Positions 47,419-50,880 of a stretch of DNA of 50,880 bases are shown in pieces. The notes under the pieces are model-generated. The model saw nothing but the letters and a program-made list of their open reading frames with translations, did no database searches and was not told where the DNA came from. Positions within the stretch are counted from its first letter, which is position 1, and each line of letters opens with the position of its first letter. This DNA is from Candidatus Eiseniibacteriota bacterium. GTDB taxonomy: Bacteria; Eisenbacteria; RBG-16-71-46; DASYSL01. A program made the position numbers and the translations under genes. The stretch spans positions 1-50,880 of the forward strand of contig JBKJJJ010000099.1 in assembly GCA_046598045.1 (NCBI GenBank), given 5' to 3'.

Positions 47419-47508
47419 TTACCAACGCTTCGTACTCAGTGTGGGCAGACGTTGCATGATGCTCGACTTGCCCTCGCGAACCGCAACCCGCACCCCGTGG
47501 AGTCGCCG

Positions 47509-49833
47509 ATGCCCAAGGCAGTGACCCCGCTCCGCATTGTCATGCCGAGCCCCGTGTCCCGCCACTTTGGGGTGATTGCCAGCTTTGCTGCGATCGCCAG
47601 CTTCGCATTCGATGCCACGGCATCCACCGGCGCGCGCACGCTGCTCGATGCGGCGCACGACGTGCGCGTCGACTACCACCTGCGCGCGATCCTGGAGCAA
47701 GCCGACGCGAACTCCGCCCGCGGCCTGACCATGGCCGCGCTCGCGCAAACCGCCACACCGGACGGTGCCGCGCCCGAGCCCCTGGCCAAGAACTACACCA
47801 ACGCCCTGCCCGACAGCCCGATCGACCTGATCCTCGAAGGCCCCGTGGACCGCGCGGCGCTCGAGGCCCTCGGCGTCGAGGTCAACACGCAGGCGGGCGG
47901 GATGACGACCGCGCGCGCGCCGCTCGGCCTCATGCCGGAACTGCTCACCGCCCCCGGCCTGACGCGCGTTTCCGCCTCGGCCCCGGTGTACCCGATGCTC
48001 GACGTCAGCACGCTCGAGATCGACGCCGACGCCGTGTGGGGCACGAAGCCGCCGGTGTTCACGGGCGCTTCCGGCAAGGGCGTCGTGGTGGGCATCATCG
48101 ACACGGGCCTCGACACCAACCACGCCGACTTCCGGGACGCGACGAATCACACGCGCGTGAAGTATGTCTGGAACCAGACCGCGCTCGGTACCAAGCCCGT
48201 GGGCTTCACCTACGGCGCCGAGTTCAACTCGGCCCAGGTCGACGCCGGCACGGCGATCGTCAACGACAGCGACGGCCACGGCACGCACGTCACCGGCATC
48301 GCGGCGGGGAACGGTCGCGCGACCGGCAACGCGCAACCCTCGTACCAGTACGTGGGCGTCGCGCCCGAAGCCGATCTCGTGATCGTCCAGCTCTCGAACG
48401 TCGAGTCCTCGCTCATCGACGGCGTGAACTACATCTTCCAGAAGGCCGCCCTGATGGGGAAGAAGGCGGTCGTCAACGTGAGCTGGAGCTCGAGCTTCGG
48501 TCCGCGCGACGGCAGCAGCACACTCGACGCCGGGATCTCCGCGCTCACCGGGCCCGGCCGCCTGGTGTCGGCGGCAGCCGGCAACTTCGGCAACGTCCCG
48601 GTGCACGCGCGCTGCAACATCGCCTCGGCGGGCCAGACGTCGACCGTGCAATTCGTGATCCCGACCTACACGCCGTCCATCGACGCCGAGTACATCGCGA
48701 TCGAAGGCTGGCACGACCTCGGCGGCATCTTCGACATCCAGATGACGTCGCCCACCGGCATCACGACGCCCGTCGTCATGGTCGGCGGCAACTCGGGCGA
48801 CATGCAGACCGCGGACGGCCGGATCTATGTCGAAAACGACGCGCAGATCACGCCCAAAGCCAAGCGGCTCTATGCCTACATCCGCGAGCTCAACACCAAC
48901 ATGCCACGCAGCGGCACATGGACGCTGACCATCACGCGCAAGACCGGCAGCTCCACGGGCATCGTCGACTTCTGGGTCTCGGCCTGGCAGTTCGGCACCA
49001 CGACCTCGCCGTCGTTCACCGGTGCGGCGCTGGACCAGTCGCACACGGTCACCTCCCCGGCGACCGCGGATTCGGTGCTCTCGGCCGGCGCGTATTCGAC
49101 CAAGGTGCGCTGGACGAACGGCACCGGCGGCACGTCGCTCTACTCCGGCAGCCCGGTGGTCGGCCAGATCGCGAATTTCTCGTCGCAGGGCCCGCGCCGC
49201 GACGGCGTGCAGCGCCCCGACCTCGTCGCTCCGGGCTACGGCGTTTCGGCCGCGCTCTCGGCCACCGTCTCCTCGCAGACCAGCACGACCTGGATGATGC
49301 CCGACATGGTGCACCGCATTCGCTACGGCACGAGCGCCTCGGCCGCCCACGTCACCGGCGCCCTCGCGCTCATGCTGCAGACCGACCCGAACCTCACGCC
49401 GTCGAAGGCCCGCCTGACGTTGCAGCGCCAGGCCCGCACGGACTCGTTCACCGGCGCCGTGCCGAACATCAGCTACGGCTGGGGCAAGCTCGACCTGATC
49501 TCGGGCGGGGCCACCGGTGTCGACGCGGCGGCCATCGAGCGCTTCGCGTTCGCGGCGCCGTTCCCGAATCCTTCGAGCGCTCGCTCGCTGTTCCAGTTCT
49601 CGATCCCGGCCGAGGATCTCGCCCTGGCGCAGAGCCGCCTCTCGCTCGAACTGGTCGACGTGCGCGGCCGAATCGTCGCCAGCCTCCCGGTGGCCAAGAC
49701 GCTCGAGGTCCAGCGCCTGTCCTGGAATGGCCTCGCGATCGACGGCACGAAGGTGGCGCCGGGCGTCTACTTCGCGCGGCTCACGGTCAACGACCGGGTT
49801 GCGGTGCGGAAGTTCGTGCGCATCGAGGAGTAG
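47509..49833 (+). CDS. S8 serine protease with an inserted beta domain and a C-terminal FlgD-like tail
   Basis: IIDTG, GHGTHV, AAGN, FSSQGP, GTSASAAHV; tail PFPNP...VDVRGR...WNG...G..VAPGVYFARL. Confidence 0.9.
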   Translation: MPKAVTPLRIVMPSPVSRHFGVIASFAAIASFAFDATASTGARTLLDAAHDVRVDYHLRAILEQADANSARGLTMAALAQTATPDGAAPEPLAKNYTNALPDSPIDLILEGPVDRAALEALGVEVNTQAGGMTTARAPLGLMPELLTAPGLTRVSASAPVYPMLDVSTLEIDADAVWGTKPPVFTGASGKGVVVGIIDTGLDTNHADFRDATNHTRVKYVWNQTALGTKPVGFTYGAEFNSAQVDAGTAIVNDSDGHGTHVTGIAAGNGRATGNAQPSYQYVGVAPEADLVIVQLSNVESSLIDGVNYIFQKAALMGKKAVVNVSWSSSFGPRDGSSTLDAGISALTGPGRLVSAAAGNFGNVPVHARCNIASAGQTSTVQFVIPTYTPSIDAEYIAIEGWHDLGGIFDIQMTSPTGITTPVVMVGGNSGDMQTADGRIYVENDAQITPKAKRLYAYIRELNTNMPRSGTWTLTITRKTGSSTGIVDFWVSAWQFGTTTSPSFTGAALDQSHTVTSPATADSVLSAGAYSTKVRWTNGTGGTSLYSGSPVVGQIANFSSQGPRRDGVQRPDLVAPGYGVSAALSATVSSQTSTTWMMPDMVHRIRYGTSASAAHVTGALALMLQTDPNLTPSKARLTLQRQARTDSFTGAVPNISYGWGKLDLISGGATGVDAAAIERFAFAAPFPNPSSARSLFQFSIPAEDLALAQSRLSLELVDVRGRIVASLPVAKTLEVQRLSWNGLAIDGTKVAPGVYFARLTVNDRVAVRKFVRIEE

Positions 49834-49884
49834 TTCGCAACCCTCGTCATCGTCGGTTGTGCGCTGAAGATTGGGTATGAACTT

Positions 49885-49914
49885 GAGGGCGCCTTCCCCC
49901 CGGAGGGCGCCCTC
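49885..49914. terminator. hairpin inside the IS end, downstream of the transposase
   Basis: GAGGGCGCCTTCC-cccc-GGAGGGCGCCCTC. Confidence 0.55.
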
Positions 49915-49922
49915 TCGAGTTT

Positions 49923-50880
49923 TCAGGCGGCGTACTTGAGTCGGTGAATCGCGTTCTTGGGCAGCGCCCTCGTTGCGAGCCTCTTTTCTTAGTAGAGCCG
50001 CCACCTCTCCGGAAGTCGGACCTGTGAGGGAAACAGCCTCCGGTCCAGGATCTCCGACACATCGAGTCGCCGCTCCTCCAGCCCGAGGTTCATGGCGGGG
50101 GTCGGTCCGCCCCTTCGCTCCGACACCGGTTGCACCCAGTTGCGCCACACCGCGAAGACAGCGAGACGGTACGCCGCGCTCGCCCGGCGCTTCGAGAACG
50201 CGATGGTCTCGCGCTTGTGGTTCGAACCGTTGTGGCGGATCAACAGGTCCAATAGGTTGATCGAGAACAGCGGGTTCATCGCGGTCCGGGCGGCGCGCGA
50301 GGAGATCGTCCTGTGGGTCACGCTCAGGTGCGGAACCCTGCGCACGGCACGGGGATAGCTCTGGTGTTCATCGGTGTGCAATTCGAGCGCCTGGGCTTCC
50401 GGCGAGAGAATCGCCAGGAGCTCGGCGACCTCCTTCTCGATCGACTTGGGGTCGGGTCGGCCCAGCTCTGCTTCAATCTCGATGCGCCGCTTCCTTTGCG
50501 CCTTGGTCATGTTGCCTCGGCGCCGGCACTCGCTGTCGGTGAAGCCGTAGAAAAAGTGGCTCTTCTGCCCGACGGCGACGTGATAACTCGTGGGGTAGTA
50601 CTGGCTGTACTCGAAGCTCTCGAAGCCGTCGAGCGTCAGGGGCTCTCGGATCGGCCCCTTAAGCCGGCGCAGCTCGTGGAAGAGGAGCGCGTGCCGCCCC
50701 AGGCGTCCGCTGGTGCGCGCGATCGTCTGGGGCGAGGCCTTGGTCTCGCGGGCGATCTGCCGAAAGCCGGAGCAGGCGGTGATCCGGTAGAACACCGGCT
50801 CGAGCAGCTCCGGGCGCTTCATCCAGTAGGTCGCCCGGAAGGTCTGATCGCCGAACTGTCGACGGCAGGTGTCGCAACGG
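49923..50880 (-). pseudogene. IS1-like transposase with an in-frame TAA 22 codons before the probable natural stop
   Basis: N-terminal CDTCRRQF (zinc ribbon), HTH (RQIAR...SPQTI), LDGFES, HTDEHQSY, NLLDLLIRH, RETIAFSK, TPAM.LG. TAA at 49989-49991 is followed in frame by EKRLATRALPKNAIHRLKYAA*. Confidence 0.6.

Larger units (their letters stand above)
49855..50880 (-). mobile_element. insertion sequence, IS1-like DDE family (truncated by the window edge)
   Basis: Terminal repeat GGTTGTGCGCTGAAGATTGGGTATG at 49855-49879, an internal hairpin and a transposase-like ORF. Confidence 0.7.

Overview
A high-GC bacterial chromosomal window with about 45 genes. Several secreted proteins carry FlgD-like/T9SS-type C-terminal tails and there is a PorV/PorP-like barrel, which suggests an FCB-related lineage such as Ca. 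Eisenbacteria (inference only). Housekeeping content: a moxR-DUF58-BatA locus, mlaEFD, an MFS transporter, two exported thioredoxin-fold proteins, an lpdA-lipB-E1a-E1b-E2 2-oxoacid dehydrogenase operon and two divergent S8 proteases. Highlights: (1) a compact candidate sphingolipid operon (Spt, GNAT ceramide synthase, NAD(P)-dependent reductase, AUR1/IPC-synthase-like PAP2, followed by an uncharacterised four-His membrane protein) behind a near-consensus promoter; (2) an IS1-like element at the right edge with a premature stop near the transposase C-terminus, plus a 130-bp non-autonomous element with the same terminal repeats at 19921-20050; (3) a 430-bp intergenic region with a promoter-to-terminator structured RNA candidate and a second anti-SD/terminator unit; (4) a DEDDh exonuclease-WYL fusion; (5) an orphan microcompartment-type aldehyde dehydrogenase with an encapsulation peptide; (6) many apparently leaderless genes; (7) a sigma54 promoter before one S8 protease. 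No rRNA, tRNA or CRISPR array was seen. All calls come from reading motifs by eye; no searches were run.
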